From assembly GCA_964187785.1 (NCBI GenBank), contig OZ076409.1:12774001-12838000 (forward strand): a stretch of 64,000 bases of DNA, given 5' to 3'. A program made the translations under genes and the position numbers. Below the pieces are notes generated by a model that was not told the DNA's origin, did not search any database, and saw only the letters and a list, made by a program, of their open reading frames with translations. Shown piece after piece: positions 11,889-24,313 of this stretch. This stretch comes from Amphiscolops sp. MND2022. Lineage: Eukaryota. How positions within the stretch are numbered: the first letter of the stretch is position 1; every line of letters starts with the position of its first letter.

Positions 11889-12776
11889 GGGTGGGCGGAA
11901 ATAGGTCGAAGGAACGGGGTCGAAAATAAGAGTTAGTCCTCAGGTCGACATACCAAATTTTTGAATGGGATCGAAACGGTTACCAGTCACTTGGCTTAAT
12001 ACCATTTGGCTTAATTTTTCTCTTGAGTCACTTGGCTTAAAAATTTTAAGCAAAGTGACCACAAAATTAGGCCAACTCCATTCCAACTCCCAGAAACATC
12101 ATAATGCGGGGCATATACGTTGTATGCACGCTCGCTCTCACCGTCGCAAAGACCAGCTCCCACTACGATCGCTTCCCGATCTCCGTTCCCGCTAGGTCTT
12201 TGCTCCTGTTCGACCTCGCTTAGCAAGATGGGAATTAAAGCGGCCCCAAGGGGCCGCAGAGCACTAGAGGAAATGGGGAAATATCCGAGGGGTACTTGAT
12301 ATGACATGTTATAATAATACGCTGACTACGTTATAATGATAAATTCGACAAAATCTGCCACGTGTTTTCAACTAAGTGGTTTTAAGTCAAATCACTTAAA
12401 GCCAGGTGACCAATACCCGAGACACTTAGCTTAAAAAAATTAAGCCAAGTGACTAATGTCATTAAGCCAAGTGACTTTAAGCCAAATGGTATTAAGCCAA
12501 GTGACCATTTGTCATCGAAACAACTCGGATCGAAATTTTTATAACGTAGTCAGATATGTTCACATACCCCTAGTGCCCTGAATGCAGGAGCGAAGCGGAG
12601 CGACGCGCCATATGGCCATGCCTCAATGTTGCTACTTGGCGAAGCAAGCGAAGCGACCGAGCCATACAACAAATACGATAAAATTCGACCGCATTCCATT
12701 CCATCCCTGCAATTCGATCAAAAGGTTCGACCTCTGTCCTTTCGACCAGAAAAATTCGACTTATTTACAGCCACCC
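11889..12776. mobile_element. TIR MITE family B (GGGTGG..AAATAGGTCGAA termini) with a nested family A copy
   Basis: 8-bp TSD TCCACCAC (11881-11888 and 12777-12784); TCGA-rich subterminal repeats. Confidence 0.88.
11978..12513. mobile_element. TIR MITE family A, second copy, nested in family B
   Basis: 8-bp TSD ATCGAAAC (11970-11977 and 12514-12521); the empty site is visible in the family B copy near 12968. Confidence 0.9.
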
Positions 12777-12885
12777 TCCACCACCACTGAACATAACAAA
12801 ACACATTAATAAAGATATACATTCAAAAAATCAAGTTCAGAAAAACTGTAGTTATTGCGCAGCGTATTGTTCATATGTTTTATAT

Positions 12886-13235
12886 GGGTGGGCGGAAATA
12901 GGTCGAAGGAACGGGATCGAAAATCAGAGTTAGTCCTCAGGTCGACAATACCAAATTTTTGAATGGGATCGAAACAACTCGGATCGAAATTTTTATAATG
13001 TAGTCAGATATGTTCACATACCCCTAGTGCCCTGAATGCAGGAGCGAAGCGAAGCGGAGCGACGTGCCATATGGCCATGCCTCAATGTTGCTACTTGGCG
13101 AAGGGAGCGAAGCGACCGAGCCATACAACAAATACGATGAAATTCGACCGCATTCCATTCGATCCCTGTAATTCGATCAAAAGGTTCGACCTCAGTCCTT
13201 TCGACCAGAAAAATTCGACCTATTTACAGCCACCC
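12886..13235. mobile_element. TIR MITE family B, second copy
   Basis: 9-bp TSD GTTTTATAT (12877-12885 and 13236-13244); near-identical to the first copy minus its nested insert. Confidence 0.9.
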
Positions 13236-13659
13236 GTTTTATATCTCACACAAATTATAGCTTTCAAAAATGCAGTTTCAAGTCTATACTATCAGAGTTA
13301 CAAACTCAATGAATGGAAAAAGTTATTCAGCTCAATTTGGAAAAGTGAGTCCAAAAAAATCCAAGTCAAAATTCAAAAAATACTGGCAAGCAGACGAAAG
13401 CTACTAAAAAAACACTAGCAAAATATAGACAAAAATTTGTACAAACAATTGCTGCTAGTGATTTTGAAACTTTTTCTGAGTGAACATTTTTTTCATAATA
13501 ACTGGAATTATCTTATTTTGATCCAAGTGATGAAAAATAGAAATTCTGTTGTTGAATATTGCCAAATCTAGTTTGGATATTGTTGAAAATACCTTATCCG
13601 AACCTCAAGAAACCCTAGATTTCAAACTGAAAAAACAAAGTGAACCTCTTTCATTTGAT

Positions 13660-14250
13660 ATTTTACTATAATATTTTGCTATAATACAGACAGGTCACTT
13701 GCTATTATGTAGACAGGTCACTTGCTATAATATAGTTTATAGCAAGTGACCTAAAATATTATAGCAAGTGACCTGATATGGTGACTATTCAAAATGCAGA
13801 ACATTCAAACCTTGGAAAAAATCAAAGCTATTCAAAGCGTCGAAAGAGTTCCAGAGCAGCGATTATTTTCAGATTAAAATTTGAAGAGGTTAGCTTGTGT
13901 TGTATGACTTCGCTCCCTTCGTCAAAAAGCAACATTGAGGCATAGCCATATGGCACGTCGCTTCGCTTCGCTCCTGCATCTAGTGCACTAGGAGTATGAG
14001 AACATAACTGACTACGTTATCGTAATTATTTCGTCGCTTGTGCTGTATTCATTTAATTGAATTCGATTGGCTCATTGAATGAAAGTTTGGTCACGTGACT
14101 ATGACGAGTAGGACCAGGTCATTTGCTATAATTTAGGGAAAATACAGACGGTCACTTGCTATAATTTTTTTATTGCAAGTGACCTAAAAAGTATAGACAA
14201 ATCCAGAAAGTCACTTGGTTTAATATAGCTTTTTATAGATTTTGGCCGGA
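13660..14250. mobile_element. Decayed MITE family C (GGTCACTTGCTATA repeats)
   Basis: Direct and inverted GGTCACTTGCTATA units around a core that is the reverse complement of the family B core. Boundaries approximate. Confidence 0.6.
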
Positions 14251-14311
14251 TACCAACTAACAGACAAACAACTCAAACAATATGAGTTATACCCTCACTG
14301 GTATCAACAGC

Positions 14312-15391
14312 GGAACAGGAATAACGTCTAAGGAATAACGTCTAAAAGTCCACCGGGAATAACGTCTAAAGTAATAACATCTAAATCTGAAATGAACAGG
14401 AACAACGTCCAAAAAAAACGTGAATAAAGTCTAGAAAGTGGAATAACGTCTATAAAGTGGAATAACGTCTAAAAAGAGGAATAACGTCTAGTACTGACAT
14501 ACGTTTAAAATGTCAAAAAACGTCTGAAAAACGGTAATAACGTATAAAAATGGCAAATACGTCTAAAATGTCAAAAAATCATCAAAATACGTGGCAGCGG
14601 GAAGAACGTCTGAGGAATAACAACTAAATACAAAACGGGAACAACGTCTGCAATTAATCATTTTTTGAGACTAGCGTCTAAAGTTTTAGACGTTATTCTT
14701 GTTTCAAAAAAAATTTCTGAAAGCGAAAATATCAAATTGTGGGGCAGATGCAGGGTATGCACGCTCGCCCTCAAAGTCGCAAGGACATGCTCGCACTACG
14801 ATCGCTTCGCGATCTCCGTTCCCGCTAAGTCTTTGCTCCTGTTCGACCTCGCTTAGCAACATGGGAAGGTTAGCGGGCCCAAGGGGCCGCGGCGTGCGCA
14901 CTAGAAGGAATGGGGACATATCCGAGGCACGTTTTATTTTTTATATCACTATTAGTTTTAGATTTTAAACGATTGATTTTTTTTCCAATTTCTTGTGTTT
15001 TTCTCGTTTCTCAGTCGAATTTTGATGACTTTCGGATATTTTAGGCTTTTCTCCGGATTTTGTACGTCATTCCTCTTTTCGGACGTCTTTGCATAGTTTT
15101 TTGATTTTTTGGACGTTTTTTTATCGATTTAGGTACAAATACCAATCAGACACATAGATTTTTGCTTGTATTCCGTGGCCTTTAATTATTTTATAGTTCA
15201 TTCCTGAAACTAGAGCAAGGGAAGATTTTTTCAGCACAAGAAACAATATTTCAAAATCGGGAATAACATATAAAAAACGGGAATAAGGTCTAAATCATTA
15301 GAGGTTATTCCTGAAAAATGAGTAAAATTTAGACGTTATTCCTTTAGACGTTATTCCAAAAACGTTATTCCTTAGACGTTATTCCCGCCCC
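14312..15391. mobile_element. Foldback-like MITE family D (GGAATAACGTCTAA arrays)
   Basis: Arrays of GGAATAACGTCTA at the left end and TAGACGTTATTCC at the right end; degenerate ~10-bp TSD (TATCAACAGC / TAGTAACAAC); carries the family A core at 14755-14930. Confidence 0.75.
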
Positions 15392-15399
15392 TAGTAACA

Positions 15400-16083
15400 A
15401 CAATTGAACACCTAACAAAAACATTGAAATTAAACGATGTTATTGAGTTGGAAAAATTTGAAAAAACAATTTAATAAGTATGAAAATACTGCCATATTCA
15501 AACGAGATTATACCCGCCTTGAAAAGATGTTAAAAAGATTTAACATAACTCCAATTTTTTTTAACTCGTTGATTTACCAATTGAAAATGATTCCTGAGAA
15601 ATAAAATTAACACCAGGGGCTTATGAATTAAAAGTGATAAATATAAATATAAAACAAGCATTTTCTGGAATTGAATTAGTAGCAGACACAATAACAATGC
15701 AATCTATACTAACAATCCCAAACCCCATTCATTTCAAATCTGAACTCAACAAAGTACTAGGTTTCACAAATACACATTACTCAGAAGCAACTCATAAATC
15801 AGAAAAACCTGTAATGAAAACAACCACAGAGGACGTTCATCTTAACTGTGATTGTGTAGATGGTCCAGTTCTTAATGGTACACGAGAACAAATTTTATTT
15901 TCATTTAATTTAGGCGCCCTTCCTGTATAAAAAGCTATAAAAGAACCCAATATTATTTTGTATTAAAAAATAAACAAAACACGACTGGATAATATTGGAA
16001 TTTCCCTTGAAGACTCTAACCATAACCCAGTAGATTTCAACTCCGAAACATTAACATTCACAATTCAAATCGTTAAGATATAA
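15400..16083 (+). pseudogene. Polinton minor capsid protein (penton), C-terminal part
   Basis: PGAYEL..IN, KVLGF, HKSEKPV, VHLNCDCVDG..LNGTREQILFSF, EPNIILY, EDSNHNPVDFNSETLTF; in-frame stops. The N-terminus probably lies at ~13540-13660. Confidence 0.75.
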
Positions 16084-16181
16084 CAGAAGAAGGAATTTTT
16101 CCTAATAAATGAGCTTCAATAAAATTGAAAGTGTTTCATAATGCGTTGGTGGTAAACACAATTCCGCCACTTCCAATATAA

Positions 16182-16542
16182 ATGGGATATCACTCAAAAC
16201 AAAAAACCGGAGCTTCTGTTAAAATATTAAGAGTTACTTGTGTAACGTGTAAAAGAAACAAATCACTAATAGTTTCTGACCAATCCATTCAAGCAGAAGT
16301 ATTGGGTAATTTTTTAAAACACCTAGGAAAAACTGCAAAGAATGTTGCAAAAAATACTCAACAATCCTGCAAGAGCACTCGAATTAGCAGCAAATTTTGG
16401 AACTGCACCAGCAAGTAAAATTCCGAAACTTATTGCTGCAACTTCTCCTGATAATATTATACTTAATCATCAAGGTAAGGGGCTGTGTTTGGGTAAAATT
16501 CATTCATTAAAGAAAAACTTTTCTTTCTTTGCTTCGCAATAG
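16182..16542 (+). pseudogene. Small Polinton virion/core-like protein (CxxC, amphipathic helix, GKGL end), frameshifted
   Basis: Two overlapping ORFs join as CVTCKRNKS..LGNFLKHLGKTAKNVAK/KILNNPARALELAANFG..HQGKGL. Confidence 0.5.
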
Positions 16543-16699
16543 AAAAGGCTGTTTTTCTAAGCTTCGCAAAAATATTTCATTTTTTGTATTTATAATTTTT
16601 TCATACTATTTTAAAAAATGATTATATTTTTCATATAAAGAATCTCTGATGTAAAATTACGTAAACAAAAATTTTGTCAAGGCAAAGCATAGATATTTT

Positions 16700-17655
16700 T
16701 CCCTAATAAACAAACTTTGTCTTCTACTCATAATCGTGATGATTTAGAAAACCTAAAAAAAATATTTTAAAAAATTTTTAATCAAACCAAACCTTTATTG
16801 AAAGCTGAAAGACTAGGAGAAAAACTTGGGAAGCAAACTTCCACTATGATAGGGAAGAAGTATTTGCACCTGTTATTGCAAAGCAGGCGGAAGCTACTCG
16901 GAACCAGGAACAAAACCAACAGTTGTCTGAAAACAACTTCAAGCGCTAATGATTCTTCTAAAAGTAAAACACAAGCAATACATGACCAAACTAAAGCCAT
17001 TCCAGACTCTAGTCAAAATCTTAACAAAAATTTACAAAAATCAATTGAAAAAGGAATACAAGGATATGATGCACTAACTACTCGTAATATTCAAATAGTT
17101 ACCGATCTTGTCAATTCTAACCTAGGGGATAGTTCCAATATTACATCAGTTTCAAACCTTCTCAATGACAAAAACAAAAGTCAATTCAATTTAGAACCTG
17201 TTGAGGGAAGTTAAAGTTTGTTCACAAAAAGTCCCACTAACCCACAACTAGTACAAATTAAAACTTTCACGATAACTTTCTAAAATGGTAACTCATATAA
17301 AATAAATAATCAAGATATTTCATATTTTATATTTGATACATAAAGTGATAGAGAAAAAGATAACGTGGGCCCAATTCAATCCTTTCTACTCGAAATGAAG
17401 TATCACATTAGCACAGGAGATAAAAGATCTGATAGATACAACCTTATCAAAGATTATTTGCAGCCACAAATAGGGAGTGGATTGAAATTTACACCTAGCC
17501 CGAGCAAATCTTCGATTTGTATTTTTCTTCCATGTGATTTTGCTAAACTGACCAAAAAAGTAGGAGGAAATGATCATCCTCAACTTAATGACCACATCAT
17601 AGCAATTGCTGAAAATTTTGTAAAGTACCAATGCATTACACCTTCCGAACACTAG
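16700..17655 (+). pseudogene. Conserved Polinton coiled-coil ORF with GSG..FLP.D..GN C-terminus
   Basis: QIGSGL...IFLPCD...GGNDHPQLNDHIIAI resembles a recurrent Polinton accessory protein (from recall); stops and frameshifts present. Confidence 0.5.
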
Positions 17656-19311
17656 TCTAAAAAGTTTATTGAATTAGGAATTTTGTTTAAAAAAAATTGG
17701 ATAATCAATTTTTTGATACGATAAAAGAAAACAATAATCTATCTAAGGATATTTAATTCAATGAATTGAAAAAAAAATTTCAAAAGTTGAGGAAAGAACA
17801 CTTCCAACTTACATTAAAACTTAAAAATCTATCAGAAATGATATGGGACTGTTTTAAACAACTAGGACATGAAGTAGACAAAGATTTGAAGAAACTAAGA
17901 AAAGAAACTATGTATTCTGAAGATTGATTTTGTTTCCATTGTAAAAAGGATCTGTTTCTGGAATATAGATTTTGTAATTTTTATTAGATGCGTTACAGAT
18001 TTCATACCTACTCCCAATTTTATCTTCTAACCTATTTTTAAATAAATAATTATACTTCTCACTCATTGCCCCAAAGTACATACTTTAAAATTCATCATAA
18101 GACATATCAAAACCTGCAGTGTCTCTGTATATATGATCTACATCTTTCAAGGTTTGTTGAAAGAAAATTATGAAGATACTAATATTGTGTATTGTTCGTT
18201 TAGGCAAATCGAAGTTCTAACTTAGGGGATAGTTCCAATATTACATCAGTTTCAAACCTTCTCAATGACAAAAACAAACGTCATTTCAATTTAGAACCTG
18301 TTCAGGGAAGTTAGAGTTTCTTCACAAAAAACCCACTAACCCACAAATAGTACAAATTAAAGCTTTAACGATAACTTTCTAAAATGGTAACTCATATAAT
18401 ATAAATAATCAAGATATTTCATATTTTATAACTAATACATAAAGTGATAGAGAAAAAGATAACGTGGGCCTAATTCAATCCTTTCTACTCGAAATGAAGT
18501 ATCACATTAGCACAGGAGATAAAAGATCTGATAGATACAACGTTATCAAAGAATATTTGCAGCCACAAATAGGGAGTGGATTGAAATTTACACATAGCCC
18601 GAGCAAATCTTTGATTTGTATTTTTTTCCATGTGATTCAGCTGAGCTGACCAAAAAGTAGTAGGAAATGATCATCCTCAACTATATGTCCACATCATAGC
18701 AATTGCTGAAAAGTTTTTACAGTACCAATGCATTACACCTTCCGAACACCAGTCTAAAAAGTTTATTGAATAAGGAATTTTGTTTATAAAAAATTGGATA
18801 ATCAATTTTTTGATATGATAAAAGAAAACAAAAATTTATCTAAGGATATTTAATTCGATGAATTGAAAAAAAATTAAACTTTGAGAAAAGAACACTTCCA
18901 ACTTACATTAAAACTGAAAAATCTATCAGAAATGATATGGGACTGTTTCAAACAACTAGGACAAGAAGTAGACAAAGATTTGAAGAAACTAAGAAAAGAA
19001 ACTATGTATTCTGAAGATTGGTTTTGTTTCCTTTGTAAAAAGAATCTGTTTCTGGTATAAAAAGTTGGTACTTTGTATTAGATGCGTTACAGATTTTATA
19101 CCTACTCCCAATTTTATCTTCAAACCTATTTTTATATAAATAATTATACTTCTCCCTCAATGCCCCAAAGTACAAACTTTAAAACTCATTATAAGACATA
19201 TCAAAACCTGCAATGACTCTGTATATATGATCTACATCTTTCAGGGTTTGTTGAAAGAAAATTATGATGATACTAATATTGTGTATTGTTCGTTTAGGCA
19301 AATCGAAATAG
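17116..19311 (+). repeat. ~1.1-kb tandem duplication inside the Polinton
   Basis: TTCTAAC[C/T]TAGGGGATAGTTCC at 17116 and 18214; paired ORFs 17365/18464; the first copy truncates the ATPase. Confidence 0.9.
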
Positions 19312-19625
19312 GACGGTGATAAATAGTAAACATCCAAATCACTCTGTCTTCCCCTAGTAAAAAATGGATCTATTAGTATTTTATTGTTATCCAACATATC
19401 ATCAAACACTACAGAACAACTTTGATAATCTGGAATATTTTTATCACCTAAATCTTCTTCCACTGAAATGTCTTCTTTTTTCTTTATACTTAAATTGTTT
19501 AGGAGATCTAGTTATTATATTCAGTTGTTGTTCAGGGTTACTCAAGCGAATTAGGTGTAATTTATTCAACAGCAATTGAGCCTTACCTCAAATTGATGGA
19601 CCAAATATTAATGTTCGATTTAATT
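19000..19625 (-). pseudogene. Polinton A32/FtsK-like packaging ATPase
   Basis: RTLIFGPSI*GK (Walker A), VVFDDM (Walker B), FFTRGRQ, YYLSPSYFDLPKRTI. Confidence 0.88.
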
Positions 19626-19729
19626 TGTGATTTGCATCTGTATCAATTATAACAACATTTGTATCAATTGTATCAATTGTATCATCTGTAATATCAAATG
19701 TATCAATTGTTTTATTTACTTTCTTTTGT

Positions 19730-19960
19730 TCATTTTTCGGACACAGATTTAAAGTGTTTATTCAAATTCGTGCGGTTAACGAACTTCCCACAATTACTCT
19801 CAACTTTAGCATTATAACATAATATACACTTTTTGATATAACTTACCGTGTGCCAGTAGGTATAAAAAGCAGTCGGTGCTAAGAGTTTTACACACTCTTC
19901 ACATGAAACTTTATGTTCACAATCATCACAACCACCACATTTTATTCTTTGATAAATCAT
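19730..19960 (-). CDS. Small Cys-rich zinc-finger-like Polinton ORF
   Basis: Several CxxC pairs and a C..H-type end (CGKFVNRTNLNKH). Confidence 0.4.
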   Translation of the reverse strand: MIYQRIKCGGCDDCEHKVSCEECVKLLAPTAFYTYWHTVSYIKKCILCYNAKVESNCGKFVNRTNLNKHFKSVSEK

Positions 19961-20218
19961 TTTTCAAAAATGTTTCTTTCTTTAAAAATTCATTCGTTTA
20001 GAACGTACTCTATAGATACTCTGTGAAGCATAAATTCTGAAGTCTACTTTATTAATGGTAAAAAAACTGTTAAAGTAGTTGAAAATATTTTAAAAGTGTG
20101 TAAAATTTATTGGGGAAATAGAAAACGTGTTAACGGTTAACAATACAATGTAGTATCACATATAATAGCAACTTTATTAGCATCAGAGATCTCTTATTGA
20201 AAAATACCAAATTTATGA

Positions 20219-21065
20219 ATGAATGAAGTGAAAAAAGCAATGCCTAAAGAAGTGTTCTCTTTACTAATTAAAAAGTTTGACCGCATCCAAATACAAACTC
20301 ACTACAAATATGAGTGTTGGAGTATTGATCTGATAAATGAATCAATTTTAGCAAACTACAACAAAAAATACCAATTCATTTTCACAATATCTGATAATCA
20401 TACTAACTTTGTATAGGCCATTCCTCTTAAAAACAAGTCCGGAAAAAGTACGAAAGAAGAATTAAAAAATCTAATTGAAAGAGCAAAAAGACAACCGGAT
20501 AAATTTTAGTCTGATAGAGGTAAAGAGTTTTATTATAAAACTTTTTAAAAGTTCCTAAAGGAACAAAACATTCAAATTTCATCAACCAATTCAGATTTAA
20601 AAGATCTTTTTGTTGAACGATTCAAGAGAACACTTTTGGATTTAATCAAAGAACCATGACATATTGAAGGTAAAGCATGTTGGCTGAATCACTTGGGAAA
20701 TGCTTCAGAAAAGTTTATTAATTGTGTCCATGACTCTACCAAAATGACACCTTTCGAATTGTCAACTAATTAAAACCTATTACCTACTTTGAAACCTAGC
20801 AATAATAAAAACAACAAACAACCAAAATTCCAATTGGGAGATTTTGTAAGAGGTCCTGATAAACCCACACTATACAGTAAAGGCTACACAACTAACTTTC
20901 AAAATACACAGCATCAACAAGTCTAGTAACTTATTCTCTAGAAGATGAAAATGAATAAATTATTCAAAGAAAATATTATGAACAAGACATTTCAGGAAAT
21001 GTCTTTGATTTTAAATCTAATTGTAAAACGTTAGAAAGTATCAACATTTTCCATATATTCGAGTA
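20219..21065 (+). pseudogene. Polinton retroviral-like (rve/DDE) integrase
   Basis: WSIDL, FTISDNH, AIPLKNK, SDRGKEFY, VERFKRTL, KMTPFE, KFQLGDFVR, SKGYTT, YYEQD; several stops. Confidence 0.92.
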
Positions 21066-21080
21066 ATTTTATTCATTATC

Positions 21081-22011
21081 AATGGATTCTTTGTTTTCTT
21101 TGAAAAATTAATTAGCATTTGATACACCTATTCATAAAATTCATTTGATAAAATATACTCCAGATAGTTTAGCGACAATCAATATTAATAATTGAAACAT
21201 TTCTGTAACTTTGCAAGAGAGAAGACGCATTTATTTGTTTACAAAACACCTACATATCAGTAGATTTTGAAGTAGTAAAAGAAGCTGATGATACAAGATA
21301 TGCCGATGGTGATGAAATTGCACAAGTTAAACTTGGTCCCGTTGCCGTTTCAGTGAAGCTAAGCTTCGTTACCATTTGGTTCGGGGAAACGTTTGGGAAA
21401 AGTGGACAACCTGCATTTTATAAGTATAGTGCATAAGGTTTTAACTTCTCACCAACAGACAACTGAACTGATGAGTGGATTTGAAGAATCAGTCGCTATC
21501 AGAAGTCAAGAACTGTCTCTAGAAAAGATGTAAACGCTAATAATAGTTGGACCTTTGACTTGGGAAATAGTGAAGGATCAACACCAACTTTCGTAATAGT
21601 TGGAATAGCAGAAACAAAAGTGATTCTCAAACACACGACAATGCCATGTTTGATAGACTTCGAATTTCTAATGTTGTCCTGAAAAAAAACCTGTTGATCG
21701 AACTGAGTGCGACCTTCGATAGATACAACTACCGTGAAGCACATCAAGAAATAGAAAACTTCTATTGATTAAATACTGAAAGTAACCTACTCACCCACTT
21801 TTTGATTTGCACAAATTCGTGACAAATTATTATTTTTATGTTTTGGCTTGTCAAAACAAAAAGATCATATTGCGAGTCAATCTATTAGATTAGATTATAA
21901 ATTTAGTGCTAACATAAATGTAGCAGACTACGCAGCTCAGGCCCTGGTCCTAACACCCAAGACCCAAGCTGATAAGTATCAGTAGTGATGGACAAAGACA
22001 TTTTGATTTGA
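21081..22011 (+). pseudogene. Polinton major capsid protein (double jelly-roll, hexon-like), decayed
   Basis: IKYTPDS, DAFICLQNTYISVDF, FSEAKL, WTFDLG..STPTFVIVG, LSKQKDHIASQSIRLDYKF..ALVLT; frameshifts and a probable internal deletion. Confidence 0.7.
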
Positions 22012-22032
22012 TTAAATGAACATTACTGAATA

Positions 22033-22232
22033 NNNNNNNNNNNNNNNNNNNNNNNNNNNNNNNNNNNNNNNNNNNNNNNNNNNNNNNNNNNNNNNNNNNN
22101 NNNNNNNNNNNNNNNNNNNNNNNNNNNNNNNNNNNNNNNNNNNNNNNNNNNNNNNNNNNNNNNNNNNNNNNNNNNNNNNNNNNNNNNNNNNNNNNNNNNN
22201 NNNNNNNNNNNNNNNNNNNNNNNNNNNNNNNN
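22033..22232. other. Assembly gap (N run)
   Basis: ~200 N. Confidence 1.
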
Positions 22233-24313
22233 TCACTAATATCAAATTCATCTTTGTTTTCTTGTAAAAAGATTTTTGGATCTTGGTTGTTTGCATCAAC
22301 ATTAAGAACAAAAACTGTCAGTATCCAGATAAGGAAAATAATGTAAATGTACGCGGTCATGCCAATACGATTCTGAACACTTATAATAAAATTCATACAT
22401 TAACAGTTTACTTAGTTCTAACACAGAGAACCGCAAATTAACTGGTTATCAAAACTGTTTTTTCTTTATCAAACTTGTACAAACTAAAATTCTCAAACCA
22501 ATTGATGCCTTTGAAACCTAACTTGGATTGTCTTTTTTTATCGGTTGTTGTATTCGAGAATGATCATTGACTTCTAGATTTGTTCTATCTCTTACATCTT
22601 CCATAGTCTTACCAAAAAAGCATCATTTTGTACAGGTCTTTTTCAAAGTTTGTTTTTGCTTTGGTGCGTTTTGTGGTGTTATGATCAATGTATTTTGCTA
22701 ATAATGGACTTTGCTTGAATCGGTCGATTTTATCAATTTTTGTTATTTTCATTCTTTGGCTAAGATAAAACTTGAACATCCTGTAGTACATCATATATTT
22801 TTAGTTTCTGGGTTGGTTTGTAATCCGGTTTTTCTAATGAAATTCATATAATCTGAGAACAACTCACAATTAGCTTCTACTTGATAAGGACACAAAGGAA
22901 AGTTTTCAGTGATTTGTTTAATTTCGGCTGGATATTCTAAGTCATATTCTATTAAAAATCCATATTCGCTATAGTTTGGAATTTGTAAAAAAACCTTCTA
23001 CTATTTGATCTAGCGGGCACTTATTCGGAAATGATAAATTTTCGAATTCGAATGTAGGAAGATATTGACTCAAAGCCCTTCCATATAGAGTGTTTGCATC
23101 AACGAACAAAATTTGTTTGTTGACATCCGATACAACATGCCTTTCACCCATATTACTGGACATACCACAACGTAAAGTGTTTTCTAACAACAACAGAAGT
23201 TGTTTATCTTTTATATAATCTAACTTGGTGTTTGTGAACTTCAATCCAGCTTTCCACGTATAACCTGGTGCTGAGTAACTGTAGAACGAATTAATACCAT
23301 AACTAAGAGTAGACTTCTCAACAAAGATCTCGAACACGTCAGTTAGTTGAAGAATAACCACTTTTAGGTATAATATAGTAAGTTCTTGTGGTGTTGTAAT
23401 GTTGTATTTTTCGATCAATTGTTGGGTTCTTTTTATATTATTGTTTCGGTTCATCATCACACGGGTGAGATTGTGTTAATGTTGACCAATAGTTGTCTTT
23501 GGTTAGGTTTAGTGATTGAGACACTTTTCGAGATTGAGTTTCTCATATGGATAAGCTAGTTGTTTCTTGAATCATCAACTAAACACTCGGAGTCCTTACA
23601 CCTGAAAGTATCCAGAGATGCTATAAGTTTTTGTTAACTAGAAGAAAAAAATCGGTATGAATCCAGGAAACGTAAGCATTTTACTTATTTGAAGTGGTAT
23701 ATTTGTTTTGAAATATTTATTTGCAATTTTTTCTAGTGTCAGCTTTTCATTTACAGACCATTTTACACACCCTTCGCCGAAGTATGAGTAATAATGATTT
23801 CCTTATGGTGCTATTAGATAATATTCTACTGCAATTGGATTTTGTTTATTTAACACTTTGGGGTCATTTTGAGGTTGAATAAAACATTCGAAATATGCAT
23901 AAACTCTGAATGGAAAGTCTATTTTCATGTTGTTGTTTTCAAACTTTAGATGATCCTTTCAACTGAAACTGAGTTTAGTTGATTGTTGTTTTATACATTG
24001 TTCCTTATGTTGATATTTATTTGTGATAATTTATTTGTGGTTGCAAGTAATTTTTATAGATGTAAACTGGTGAGAGAACAGTTTTATTCAACTCAACAAC
24101 ACTTATACTGACCTTATCCATCTTTTCAAATTAGGGTATTTTTTGACTTTCATAGGGAATTCTAAATCTCTTATACACACAGTAGTCTTATTTTGATGTT
24201 TTTTAATCCTCAACAGTGTGAAGATGAGCTAAGATAATTGATCGTCATTTTTTATACTTATAATTGGCTGATTTTTTAATTATTTTTCTGGTAACTCTAT
24301 GTAGGAAGAAGTG

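Larger units (their letters stand above)
11097..13320 (+). pseudogene. Polinton adenain-like cysteine protease, split by four MITE insertions
   Basis: Removing the inserts gives MKYLSFKDF...TTTAG|KVNLHPTKGKH..YFDSYGCP|PLNIT...QVQKNCSYCAAYCSYVLY|LTQII, i.e. the H, FDSYG and Q..C motifs of adenovirus-type proteases. Confidence 0.75.

Noticed and set aside
14312..14660. GGAATAACGTCTA repeats with variable gaps resembling a CRISPR array
   Set aside because: Units are ~13 bp with very short, irregular gaps, are mirrored at the other end of the element, and the context is eukaryotic with no cas genes; these are subterminal transposon repeats.
11367..14919. Recurrent small ORF (..LLSEVEQEQR.SGN.DREAIVV..) in three MITE copies
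   Set aside because: It lies in the GC-rich shared core; differences between copies change amino acids and the starts and ends vary, so coding function is unsupported.
21950..22396. ORFs spanning the N run
   Set aside because: Artefacts of translating the gap.
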